Source of the DNA: Frankiales bacterium
GTDB lineage: Bacteria > Actinomycetota > Actinomycetes > Mycobacteriales > SCTD01
Direction of reading: 5' to 3'
Length of the DNA: 31,693 nucleotides
NCBI GenBank assembly: GCA_043732645.1
Contig: JAYTHM010000373.1
Span: 1 to 31,693, forward strand
Shown here: positions 23,818 through 31,693 of the stretch, one piece after another
Numbering within the stretch: the first letter of the stretch is position 1
Layout: each line of letters starts with the position of its first letter
Program-made: the position numbers and the translations under genes
Notes under the pieces: generated by a model
The model's input: only the letters and a program-made list of their open reading frames with translations
Told to the model about the DNA's origin: nothing
Database searches by the model: none

Positions 23818-24486
23818 GTGAACAAGGCCGAGCTGATCGAGGCGATCACAAACCAGATCGGCGACAAGCGGGCTGCCGCTGTCGCCGTCGAGGCCGTCGT
23901 CGACGCCGTCACCCGCACTGTTTCGAAGGGCGAGAAGGTCGCGATCGCGGGCTTCGGCGTCTTCGAGAAGGTCAACCGTGCGGCCCGGGTGGCCCGCAAC
24001 CCGGCCACCGGTGCGCAGGTCAAGCTGAAGGCGACCTCGGTGCCGAAGTTCCGTCCAGGCCAGGGCTTCAAGGACGCCGTTGCGGGTGCCAAGAAGCCGG
24101 TTGCCAAGGCGGCCGCAAAGACCGCAGCTAAGGCCACCGCGGCGAAGAAGGCTGCCAAGGCCACTCCGGTCAAGAGGGCTGCTGTCGCTGCCAAGGCTGC
24201 TCCGGCCAAGAAGGTCACCCCGGCCAAGTCGGCGGTCGCTGTCAAGGCCGCGCCCGTCAGGAAGGCTGCTCCGGTCAAGAAGGCTGCCGTCGCTGCCAAG
24301 GCTGCGACGGTGAAAAAGGCCGCGCCGGTCAAGGCGGGGGTTGCCGCGAAGGCTCCGGTCAAGAGGGCTGCTGTCGCGGCTAAGGCGACGCCGGTGAAGA
24401 AGGCGACTTCGGCGAAGGCTCCGGTCGCCGCCAAGGCTGGGTCGATGAAGAAGGCCCCGGCGAAGAAGGCCCCCGCCAAGAAGTAG
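23818..24486 (+). CDS. hupB: HU-family DNA-binding protein with histone H1-like Lys/Ala/Pro-rich tail (HupB/HupS type)
   Basis: MNKAELI...GFGVFEK...ARNPATG...VPKFRPG followed by ~130 aa of PAKK/PVKKAAVAAKA repeats; SD GGAGGT. Confidence 0.95.
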   Translation: MNKAELIEAITNQIGDKRAAAVAVEAVVDAVTRTVSKGEKVAIAGFGVFEKVNRAARVARNPATGAQVKLKATSVPKFRPGQGFKDAVAGAKKPVAKAAAKTAAKATAAKKAAKATPVKRAAVAAKAAPAKKVTPAKSAVAVKAAPVRKAAPVKKAAVAAKAATVKKAAPVKAGVAAKAPVKRAAVAAKATPVKKATSAKAPVAAKAGSMKKAPAKKAPAKK

Positions 24487-24510
24487 GTCCGGCCCCGGTA
24501 GGACCAGCAC

Positions 24511-24554
24511 GGCATCGACGAAGGCCCTGGCTCCGGCGGGGCCTTCGTCATGCC
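24511..24554. terminator. bidirectional terminator hairpin
   Basis: GGCAT(C)GACGAAGGCCC / GGGCCTTCGTCATGCC, a 16-bp stem between convergent genes. Confidence 0.75.
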
Positions 24555-24625
24555 ACCGTCGCCGTCGCTCCACGTGCAGCCCCCCCGAGGGTGGGTCGCT
24601 CGGCTCCCGAAGGCAGGACCAGAGC

Positions 24626-24841
24626 TCAGGAAGGGAGGGTGACGGTGAGGCCGCCGCCGCGGGCGTCGCTGGACAGGCGGATCCGCTGGCCGGGGCGCAG
24701 AAAGCGAAAGACGCTGCCCTGCAGGCACTCAGGGGGCAGTACGACGTAGGAGCCGTCGTCAAGCATGGCGCTCCCGCCTGTGGCGGGGTCCCAGTCCCGT
24801 ACGGTCGCGGACGGCCCTCCGGAGATGGTCACCCGCTTCAC
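24626..24841 (-). CDS. small conserved actinobacterial protein, cold-shock-like OB fold
   Basis: ATVRDWDPATGGSAMLDDG...FRFLRPGQRIRL matches the recalled pattern of the small protein downstream of cofC; GTGA overlap with the cofC stop. Confidence 0.7.
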   Translation of the reverse strand: MKRVTISGGPSATVRDWDPATGGSAMLDDGSYVVLPPECLQGSVFRFLRPGQRIRLSSDARGGGLTVTLPS

Positions 24842-25452
24842 CACAGCCCCCGCGAAGCATCCACCGAGTGCGGCCCCAGGCCCAGGGCAGCTGCGGCGGC
24901 CAAGTCGTCGGGCGTGTCGACGTCGCGCCGAAGGCCGTCGGCGGCGACCAGCTCGAAGGCTCCCGACGCCAGGTGGGCAGCCCGGGAGTCGAGCCCGAAC
25001 GCGGGCAAAAGCTCCGCGCCTGTGGCGGCGGCAAGCAGCGTCGTACCGGTGCCCGCGGTGTCGGTGACGAAGCCCCGCATCCCCTGGGGCACACGGTGAA
25101 GGACAGCGGCGAGGTCCGCCGCGCGCAGCGCGGGGAGGTCGGCTGAGAGCGTTGCAACTCCAAGCAGCGAGTGGTGCTCGCGGAGCAGGGCGGCGCCGTG
25201 CGCGAGGGCCGGGTTGAGACCGGCATCGGGGTCGTCGGGCACGACCAGCGCCCCAAGGTCGGCGAGGGCGTGCGCGGCAAGTGGGTCGTCGGTGACGACC
25301 AGGACGGTAGCGACCTGCAGGGCCGCGACGACGACGTCGGCGGCGAAGGCGAGGGCGAGGGCGCGGCGGCGGGCGTCGCCATAGGACGCAAGCCGGGACT
25401 TGGCCAGATCCAGGCGCTTCACGGGCACCACGACACCCCAGGAGCTCGCCAT
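24838..25452 (-). CDS. cofC: 2-phospho-L-lactate/phosphoenolpyruvate guanylyltransferase (F420 biosynthesis)
   Basis: MASSWGVVVPVKRLDLAKSRLA...GLNPAL...SADLPAL...GTGTTLL...AFGLDSRAAH...LRRDVDTPDDL; this is the C-terminal part of track ORF 24838..26277. Confidence 0.93.
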   Translation of the reverse strand: MASSWGVVVPVKRLDLAKSRLASYGDARRRALALAFAADVVVAALQVATVLVVTDDPLAAHALADLGALVVPDDPDAGLNPALAHGAALLREHHSLLGVATLSADLPALRAADLAAVLHRVPQGMRGFVTDTAGTGTTLLAAATGAELLPAFGLDSRAAHLASGAFELVAADGLRRDVDTPDDLAAAAALGLGPHSVDASRGLW

Positions 25453-25548
25453 CTGCAGGAGTCTGGCAGGCTCGTGGACAGCGGTGGCAGGGGCGGCGAG
25501 ACTCGACCCCACGACACGCCCTCCTGAAGGGCTGCAGAGGGAGTGGAC

Positions 25549-26274
25549 GTGCGTCTGGGTCGCATCGGGTTCTGGTACCGCCTTGCGGTGGTGCTGGTGA
25601 AGCCGCCGCTGCTTCTGCTGACGCGGCGTTGCTGGAGTGGCTTCGTCAACGTGCCCGACGATGGCGGCGTGATCGTCGCGGCCAACCACATCTCGCATGT
25701 CGACCCGCTCGTCCTGGCTGACGCGATCATGTACAGCACGGGAAGAATTCCGCGCTACCTCGCCAAGGCCAGCCTGTTCAAGGGCAACGGGCTGGTGGGG
25801 CGCACCATGCGCGGAGCCAAGCAGATCCCGGTGCACCGCAACACCGCTGACGCGTCGCTGGCCCTGCGGGACGCCGTCGATGCCCTGCGCAGCGGCGAGC
25901 TGATCGCGATCTACCCCGAGGGCACCGTCTCCCGGGACCCCGGGAAGTGGCCGATGGTGGCTCGCACCGGGGTCGCCCGCCTCGCCCTGCTGTCCGGCGC
26001 GCCCGTGGTGCCGGTCGCGCAGTGGGGGGCGCAGGCCATCCTGGACTCCTACCGGACCCCAGGACTGCACCTGCTGCCGCGGCACACCATCGAGGTCGTC
26101 GCCGGGCCACCGGTTGACCTGTCCCCGTGGTTGGGCAAGGAGCTCACCTCGGAGGTCCTGCGCGAGGCCACTGATGCCATCATGACCGCGATCCGCACGA
26201 TGCTGGAGCCCCTGCGAGGGGAGAGCGCGCCGACTGTGATCCACAACCCCGACAGCCAGAGGAGGCCCGCATGA
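25549..26274 (+). CDS. lysophospholipid acyltransferase (PlsC-like)
   Basis: ANHISHVD (HX4D), [31 protein letters not shown]; start 25549 (or 25543). Confidence 0.92.
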   Translation: MRLGRIGFWYRLAVVLVKPPLLLLTRRCWSGFVNVPDDGGVIVAANHISHVDPLVLADAIMYSTGRIPRYLAKASLFKGNGLVGRTMRGAKQIPVHRNTADASLALRDAVDALRSGELIAIYPEGTVSRDPGKWPMVARTGVARLALLSGAPVVPVAQWGAQAILDSYRTPGLHLLPRHTIEVVAGPPVDLSPWLGKELTSEVLREATDAIMTAIRTMLEPLRGESAPTVIHNPDSQRRPA

Positions 26275-27266
26275 CACGAGCCGCTGTCCTGGGCACAGGC
26301 TCCTGGGGGACCGCCTTCGGCAAGGTCCTCGCCGACGCCGGTAACGAGGTGGTCCTGTGGTCCCGGAGGGAAGAGCTCGCGCGAGCCGTCAACGAGACCC
26401 ACGAGAACCCTGACTATCTGCCTGGGATCGCCCTGCCGGCAGGGCTTTGGGCGACCTCCAACGCACTGGAGGCTGTCAGGGGTGCGGACTTCGTGGTGCT
26501 GGCCGTTCCCTCCCAGACCCTTCGGGACAACCTGGCCGTGGTCGCGTCGGGGCTGGAGAAGCACAGCCTGCTGGTCAGCTTGATGAAGGGCGTAGAGCTC
26601 GGCACCACCAAGCGGATGAGCGAGGTCATCTGCGAGGTCGCCGACGTGCCGCTTTCACGGGTCGCGGTCGTCTCGGGACCCAACCTGGCCAAGGAGATCG
26701 CGAGCGGCCAGCCTGCGGCGACGGTTGTCGCGTGCATCGACCTGGAGGCGGCGGAGCGGCTGCAGGCGGCCTCGCTAACGTCGTACTTCCGGCCCTACAC
26801 CAACACCGACGTGGTCGGCTGCGAGCTGGGAGGGGCTGTCAAGAACGTCATCGCTCTCGCCGTGGGCATGGCCGACGGCATGGGCTTCGGCGACAATACG
26901 AAGGCTTCGCTCATCACCCGCGGGCTCGCCGAGACGGCCCGACTGGGCAAGGCCCTGGGCGCCGACCCCCTGACGTTCTCGGGCCTCGCGGGCCTCGGTG
27001 ACCTCGTCGCGACCTGCATGTCGCCGCTCTCGCGCAACCGCACGTTCGGCGAGAAGCTCGGCCGTGGGCTAACGCTGAAGGAGATCTTCGCCCAGACGCA
27101 GCAGACCGCAGAGGGCGTCAAGAGCTGCCGCTCGATTCTTGAGCTGGCCCAGAAGCATGATGTGGACATGCCTATCACCGAGCACGTCGTCGCTTTGTGC
27201 CACAAGGGAATGACACCGGTCGAGATGGTCCGCAGCGTCATGCAGCGAGAGACCAAGGGCGAATGA
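26271..27266 (+). CDS. gpsA: NAD(P)H-dependent glycerol-3-phosphate dehydrogenase
   Basis: [12 protein letters not shown](V)[42 protein letters not shown]; ATGA overlap. Confidence 0.97.
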   Translation: MTRAAVLGTGSWGTAFGKVLADAGNEVVLWSRREELARAVNETHENPDYLPGIALPAGLWATSNALEAVRGADFVVLAVPSQTLRDNLAVVASGLEKHSLLVSLMKGVELGTTKRMSEVICEVADVPLSRVAVVSGPNLAKEIASGQPAATVVACIDLEAAERLQAASLTSYFRPYTNTDVVGCELGGAVKNVIALAVGMADGMGFGDNTKASLITRGLAETARLGKALGADPLTFSGLAGLGDLVATCMSPLSRNRTFGEKLGRGLTLKEIFAQTQQTAEGVKSCRSILELAQKHDVDMPITEHVVALCHKGMTPVEMVRSVMQRETKGE

Positions 27267-28453
27267 GCGACCAGCAGCGAGGCCTCGGTACCCGGGCCGT
27301 CCACGGACCGCCCGCTCCGGTGCTCGGTCAGCAGCCTCTCGTCGCACCGGTCTATCGGACGGCGACGTTCGTCTTCGACACCGCTCAGCAGATGGCTGAC
27401 GTCTTCGCCGGCCGCGAGCGTGGGTGGTCCTACAGCCGCACTGACAACCCGACGGCGCAGGCCTTCGCCGACGCGGTCGCCGCGCTGGAGGACCCGTCCG
27501 GGACCGCTGTGGCCCAGCCCTTCGCCAGCGGGATGGCCGCCATCTCGGGCACCCTGCTTGCCCTGTGCGGCAACGGATCTCACGTCGTCGCCCCACGGGA
27601 GGTGTACGGCGGCACCTGGACCCTCCTGACGCGCCAGCTGGCGCGGTTCGGGGTCATGACCACCTTCGTGGACGGTACCGACCTGTCCGCCGTACGCGCT
27701 GCCCTTCGGCCGGAGACGGCGGTCCTGTGGGGCGAGGTCCTCGCCAACCCGACCATGACCGTTGCCGACCTGCCGGGCCTGTCGGCGATCGCCCACGACG
27801 CCGGCGTCCCGTTCGTGGTCGACGCAACCTTCTCCAGCCCGGTCATCTGCCGGCCGCTGGAGCACGGAGTCGACCTGGTCGTCCACTCCGCCACGAAGTA
27901 CCTCGGCGGCCACAGCGACGCCACCGGGGGGGTCGTTGTGGGACCCGCCGCGCTGCTCGAGCGGATCCGGACGGTCCGGCTCGACACCGGCGGCGCGCTC
28001 GCCCCGGACGAGGCCGCGCTGCTCACCCGTGGGCTGGCGACGCTTCCGCTGCGGGTGGTCCGGCAGTGCCAGACGGCTTTGACCGTGGCGACGGCGCTGC
28101 AGCAGGACCACCGGGTCGTGCGCGTCGACCACCCAGGCCTGCCGACCCACCGTGACCACGCCCTCGCGGCCCGCCTGTTCACCCCCGGCCTGTACGGCGC
28201 TGTCGTGACCGTCACCCCCCGTGGCGGGCGGCCGGCCGGGCTCGCGCTGCTCGACCGCTTGCGGCTGGTTAAGCGGGCCACGTCCCTGGGAGGCACCGTC
28301 ACCAAGGCCGTCCACGTGGCGACGACGACCCACTCCTCGCTGGACGACGCCTCGCTGGCCGCGGCCGGCATCGACCCTGCGGCGGTGCGTCTCAGTGTGG
28401 GGCTCGAGGACGCCGAGGACCTTGTCGCGGACCTGCTGCAGGCACTCGGCTGA
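27263..28453 (+). CDS. PLP-dependent trans-sulfuration family enzyme (Cys/Met metabolism; specificity uncertain)
   Basis: [38 protein letters not shown] (Schiff-base Lys), [13 protein letters not shown]; ATGA overlap with gpsA. Confidence 0.9.
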   Translation: MSDQQRGLGTRAVHGPPAPVLGQQPLVAPVYRTATFVFDTAQQMADVFAGRERGWSYSRTDNPTAQAFADAVAALEDPSGTAVAQPFASGMAAISGTLLALCGNGSHVVAPREVYGGTWTLLTRQLARFGVMTTFVDGTDLSAVRAALRPETAVLWGEVLANPTMTVADLPGLSAIAHDAGVPFVVDATFSSPVICRPLEHGVDLVVHSATKYLGGHSDATGGVVVGPAALLERIRTVRLDTGGALAPDEAALLTRGLATLPLRVVRQCQTALTVATALQQDHRVVRVDHPGLPTHRDHALAARLFTPGLYGAVVTVTPRGGRPAGLALLDRLRLVKRATSLGGTVTKAVHVATTTHSSLDDASLAAAGIDPAAVRLSVGLEDAEDLVADLLQALG

Positions 28454-28508
28454 AGTTACCTGCGTCGCCTGAGGGTTCGGGCAGCTCTCCACGGGTGATG
28501 CTGCAGGC

Positions 28509-29915
28509 ATGGACCACAGCAAGGACACCTACGACGTCGTCATCCTCGGTGCGGGCTCGGCAGGGGAGGCCCTGGCCGGTCGGCTCGCCGATGCCGGCCG
28601 GTCGGTCGCGCTGGTCGAGGGGCTGCGCGTGGGCGGGGAGTGCCCCTATGTCGCCTGCATGCCCAGCAAGGCGATGCTGCGTGCTGCGGAGGCAAGGACC
28701 ACCGCGGGACGGCTCCGAGAGCTGGGAGGGGCCGCTGAGCGCCTCCCACTGGGAGATGCCCGGTTGGCCTATGCCGCAGCGGCCCGACGACGTGACGAGG
28801 TTGCGGAGCACCGCGACGACAGCGAGGCCGCCAAGGGCCTTGCGAGCCGCGGCGTCACCCTGGTGCGGGGACGTGGGGTCGTCAGCGGGCAGGGCTCGGT
28901 CACGGTCTCGCTCGCCGACGGGGCGGAGCGCACACTGGGATGGACCGACCTGGTCGTGGCGACCGGGTCGCTGGCCCTGCGCCCTGGCCTGCCCGGCATC
29001 GACACCGTGCCTACGTGGAGCTCGGACGAGGCGCTCTCGACCACCGAGCGTCCCGACAGCCTGCTGGTCCTCGGCGGCGGTGCGGTCGGGTGTGAGCTGG
29101 CCCAGGTGCACGCCCGCTTCGGGGTCGAGGTGACGCTGATCGAGAGCGCCCAGCAGCTGCTCGCGAAGGAGGAGCCCAGCATCGCGGCGGCGCTCGCGGC
29201 CGTCCTGCGCACGGAGGGTGTCGACGTGCAGCTCGGCACCGAGGTCGTGTCCTTTGCCCCCGACCCTCAGGGCCGCGCGCTGGCAACTCTCAAGGACGGG
29301 CGGACCGTCACAGCCGACCGCGTCCTGCTGGCTGTCGGCCGGAAGCCCACGACCGACGGCCTCGGTTTGGAGGTGCTTGGCATCACCCTTCAGGACAACG
29401 GCGCGGTAACGGTCGACGAGCAGTGCCGGGTGGCGCCGCACGTCTACGCGGCGGGTGACGTCACGGGTGTCGCGCCGTACACGCACACGGCCAACTACCA
29501 GGCGCGGATCGTTGGGGATGCCATGCTGGGCAAGCAGAGCAGCGCCGACTACCGTGCGATCCCGCGGGCGGTCTACACCGATCCGGCGGTCGCGAGTGTG
29601 GGCCAGGATGAGGCGACGGCCCGAGCGGCGGGGGTCGACGCGGTGTCGGCGAGCTTTGACCTCGCCGACGTGGCGAGGACCAGCACCGAGGGCAGCGGTG
29701 GCGGGCGGTTGGTGCTCACCGCCGACCGCGCACGGGGCGTGCTCATCGGGGCCGCGGCGATCGGGCCGCACGCCGACGAGTGGCTGTCGGAGGCCACCCT
29801 CGCGATCCGCGCCGAGATCGCGCTGATGACGCTGACCCAGGTGGTCCACGCGTTCCCGACCTTCGGGGAGGCCTACGAGCCGGCTTTGCGCGAGCTCGCC
29901 GAGGCATGCGCGTGA
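28509..29915 (+). CDS. class I pyridine nucleotide-disulfide oxidoreductase (LPD/MerA/RclA-like)
   Basis: GAGSAG FAD site, GGECPYVACMPSK redox CxxxxC, GGGAVGCE NAD site, YAAGDV, AVYTDP, HAFPTFGE. Confidence 0.9.
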   Translation: MDHSKDTYDVVILGAGSAGEALAGRLADAGRSVALVEGLRVGGECPYVACMPSKAMLRAAEARTTAGRLRELGGAAERLPLGDARLAYAAAARRRDEVAEHRDDSEAAKGLASRGVTLVRGRGVVSGQGSVTVSLADGAERTLGWTDLVVATGSLALRPGLPGIDTVPTWSSDEALSTTERPDSLLVLGGGAVGCELAQVHARFGVEVTLIESAQQLLAKEEPSIAAALAAVLRTEGVDVQLGTEVVSFAPDPQGRALATLKDGRTVTADRVLLAVGRKPTTDGLGLEVLGITLQDNGAVTVDEQCRVAPHVYAAGDVTGVAPYTHTANYQARIVGDAMLGKQSSADYRAIPRAVYTDPAVASVGQDEATARAAGVDAVSASFDLADVARTSTEGSGGGRLVLTADRARGVLIGAAAIGPHADEWLSEATLAIRAEIALMTLTQVVHAFPTFGEAYEPALRELAEACA

Positions 29916-29924
29916 AGGCGGGGC

Positions 29925-30386
29925 TCAGCTGAGGGTGTGCGTGATGGCCGTGGCGAGGCTGCCGATCAGTTCTGCCTGACCACTGTAGGCATCGGGCACC
30001 TCGACCACCACGTTGACCTTGCGGCCCAGGGTGGTCCATGTACGGGCGGCTCCGACGTCGTGCTGAGCCCAACGCACCCCGTTGAACGTGTAGGGGTCGT
30101 CCAGGCTGCTGCCCTCCGACACCCCGCAGCGCAAGGTGATGGGGGGCATGCCCCACGCGGCCGTCGTATCGGACTCCGGCGTGACCGGCCGTAGGTCAGC
30201 ACCTGGCGTGATCGCCTTGGGCAGCTGGGCCTTCAGCTCGCGGCAGGAGATGAGGGCTTTGATCGCGACGCCGTTGACCGACGGCACGCTCACGCCCCGG
30301 GAGGTCGTCGTGGCCATCGACTGCCCCGCGCAGCCCGCGGCGACCAAGGCAGCGAGCGCGACGACTACAGGTGGACGACAGGGCAC
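29925..30386 (-). CDS. DUF3515-family lipoprotein
   Basis: Short signal with lipobox-like VAAG|C; AAWGMPPITLRCGV and NGVRW motifs; syntenic with Lrp/thiL. Confidence 0.8.
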   Translation of the reverse strand: MPCRPPVVVALAALVAAGCAGQSMATTTSRGVSVPSVNGVAIKALISCRELKAQLPKAITPGADLRPVTPESDTTAAWGMPPITLRCGVSEGSSLDDPYTFNGVRWAQHDVGAARTWTTLGRKVNVVVEVPDAYSGQAELIGSLATAITHTLS

Positions 30387-30598
30387 GTGAGGGTGCGGGT
30401 GATGCCGTCGACGCCCTGGATGCGGGCGACCACCAGTTTGCCGAGCTCGTCGACGTTGTGCGCCTCGGCGCGCACGATCACGTCGTAGGGGCCGGTGACG
30501 TCCTCCGCGGTCGCGACGCCGTCAAGCTTGCCGATCGCCTCGGCCACGGCAGCGGCCTTGCCGACCTCGGTCTGGATGAGGATGTAGGCCTGGACCAC
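30365..30598 (-). CDS. stand-alone Lrp/AsnC ligand-binding domain protein
   Basis: MVQAYILIQTEVGKAAAVA...VTGPYDVIVRAEA..VDELGKLVVARIQ.VDGITRTLTCPVVHL; no HTH. Confidence 0.92.
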   Translation of the reverse strand: MVQAYILIQTEVGKAAAVAEAIGKLDGVATAEDVTGPYDVIVRAEAHNVDELGKLVVARIQGVDGITRTLTCPVVHL

Positions 30599-30631
30599 GA
30601 CGAAGGACCCCTTTCTGGAAGGCTTGCTGGC

Positions 30632-31528
30632 GTGTCGGAACCTACCGCACGGTCGCTGGGCGAGTTCGGCCTCGTCAACGCCGTGACCGCCCGCCTGCCT
30701 CAGTCCGACGCCGTGCTGCTCGGGCCGGGTGACGACGCTGCCGTCGTGGCCTTCCCCGACGGCCGGGTCGTGGCCACGACCGACGTCCTCGTCGAGGGGG
30801 TCCACTTCCGCCGGGACTGGTCCAGCGCGTACGACGTGGGGCGTAAGGCGGCTGCGGCAAACCTCGCCGACGTCGCAGCTATGGGCGGTACGGCGACCGC
30901 GCTGCTCGTCGGCCTGGCCGCTCCACCAGACCTCCCCCTGGCGTGGGCCCTGGGCCTGGCCGACGGGTTGCGGGACGAGGCCGCGCTGGTCGGTGCCGTC
31001 ATCGTCGGTGGTGACACGGTCTCGGCCGCGCAGGTGGTCGTGTCCGTCACCGCCCTCGGGTCGCTGCCCGGCCGCTTCGTGCCGCGCTCCGGGGCCGTCC
31101 CCGGGGACGCCGTGGTGGTCGCGGGCCGGCTCGGCTGGTCGGCGGCGGGTCTAAGGCTGCTCCAGTCAGGGGTGCTGGAGGGCCCCCTCGTCGACGCGCA
31201 CCGCCGGCCCACCCCGCCGTACGCGCTGGGCGTCGTGCTCGCGGCAGCGGGGGCGACGGCGATGTGCGACGTCAGCGACGGGCTGGTGCAGGACCTCGGA
31301 CACCTCGCCCTGTCGAGCGGCGTGCGGATCGAGATCGAGAGCGCATCTGTTGTCGATCAGGCGGTCTCGCTGGAGGACGTGCTGACGGGCGGGGAGGACC
31401 ACGCGCTGGTGGCAACGCTGTCCGGTCCCGTCCCGGAGGGCTGCCACGTCATCGGCCGGGTCATCCAGGGTGAGGGCGTCGTCGTCGACGGCGAAGCGGT
31501 CACCGGCGGCTGGGAGCACTTCTCGTGA
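30632..31528 (+). CDS. thiL: thiamine-monophosphate kinase
   Basis: [55 protein letters not shown]. Confidence 0.95.
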   Translation: MSEPTARSLGEFGLVNAVTARLPQSDAVLLGPGDDAAVVAFPDGRVVATTDVLVEGVHFRRDWSSAYDVGRKAAAANLADVAAMGGTATALLVGLAAPPDLPLAWALGLADGLRDEAALVGAVIVGGDTVSAAQVVVSVTALGSLPGRFVPRSGAVPGDAVVVAGRLGWSAAGLRLLQSGVLEGPLVDAHRRPTPPYALGVVLAAAGATAMCDVSDGLVQDLGHLALSSGVRIEIESASVVDQAVSLEDVLTGGEDHALVATLSGPVPEGCHVIGRVIQGEGVVVDGEAVTGGWEHFS

Positions 31529-31693
31529 AGCGCGTGCTGGCCGTCGGTGGCACCGACTCCGGGGGAGGGGCCGGACTCGCCGCGGACCTGCGGACCCTGG
31601 CCGCGCTGGGGGTCCACGGGGCGATGGTCGTCACGGCGGTGACCGCGCAGAGCAGCCTCGCCGTCGAGGCCCTCCACGAGGTGCCCGAGGCCG
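31525..31693 (+). CDS. thiD: hydroxymethylpyrimidine/phosphomethylpyrimidine kinase, N-terminal part (runs off the right edge)
   Basis: [43 protein letters not shown]; GTGA overlap with thiL. Confidence 0.88.
   Translation, partial: MKRVLAVGGTDSGGGAGLAADLRTLAALGVHGAMVVTAVTAQSSLAVEALHEVPEA

Noticed and set aside
24090-24486. Repeat array suggesting CRISPR
   Set aside because: The repeats are in-frame, degenerate coding repeats of the HupB tail; no unique spacers or cas genes.
24759-25391. Track ORF 24759..25391 as the cofC-region gene
   Set aside because: Wrong frame; CofC motifs are in the frame of 24838..25452.
28509-29915. Calling the oxidoreductase merA or lpdA
   Set aside because: No C-terminal Cys-Cys pair or mer genes nearby, and the catalytic His of LPD is replaced.
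30599-30631. TPP riboswitch before thiL-thiD
   Set aside because: The divergent intergenic gap is only 33 nt and lacks the TGAGA/CTGAA core.

Overview
High-GC actinobacterial core-chromosome region; gene order resembles Frankiales/Geodermatophilales/Streptomyces loci (inference). It holds a near-complete branched-chain amino acid (BCAA) gene set (ilvD, ilvBNC, leuA, leuB, ilvE, cimA, leuCD) with serA, gltX plus tRNA-Gln(CTG)/tRNA-Glu(CTC), an NdgR/LtbR-type IclR regulator, hupB, cofC, an acyltransferase, gpsA, a PLP trans-sulfuration enzyme, a flavoprotein disulfide reductase, DUF3515, an Lrp ligand-binding domain, thiL and a partial thiD. No intact mobile element, prophage or CRISPR array is visible. 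The most interesting signal is non-coding and absent from the ORF track. (1) Three apparently leaderless leader peptides precede ilvB (MTGFLVVSQRDS), leuA (MASLLLMGRDGVFS) and cimA (MTVSVVIIARRGR). The ilvB and cimA attenuators are sequence paralogs whose upstream hairpin abuts, but does not overlap, the terminator. (2) A 15-bp TCYCA-N5-TGRGA-like motif occurs as tandem sites exactly 21 bp apart upstream of ilvB, leuB and leuC, a likely operator of the local IclR. Also found: an unannotated 55-aa ORF with about 94% GC3 next to the tRNAs, a chimeric deletion-scar pseudogene, and no ddl at its usual position after gpsA. All calls come from reading the sequence and recalling family motifs; no database search was run.
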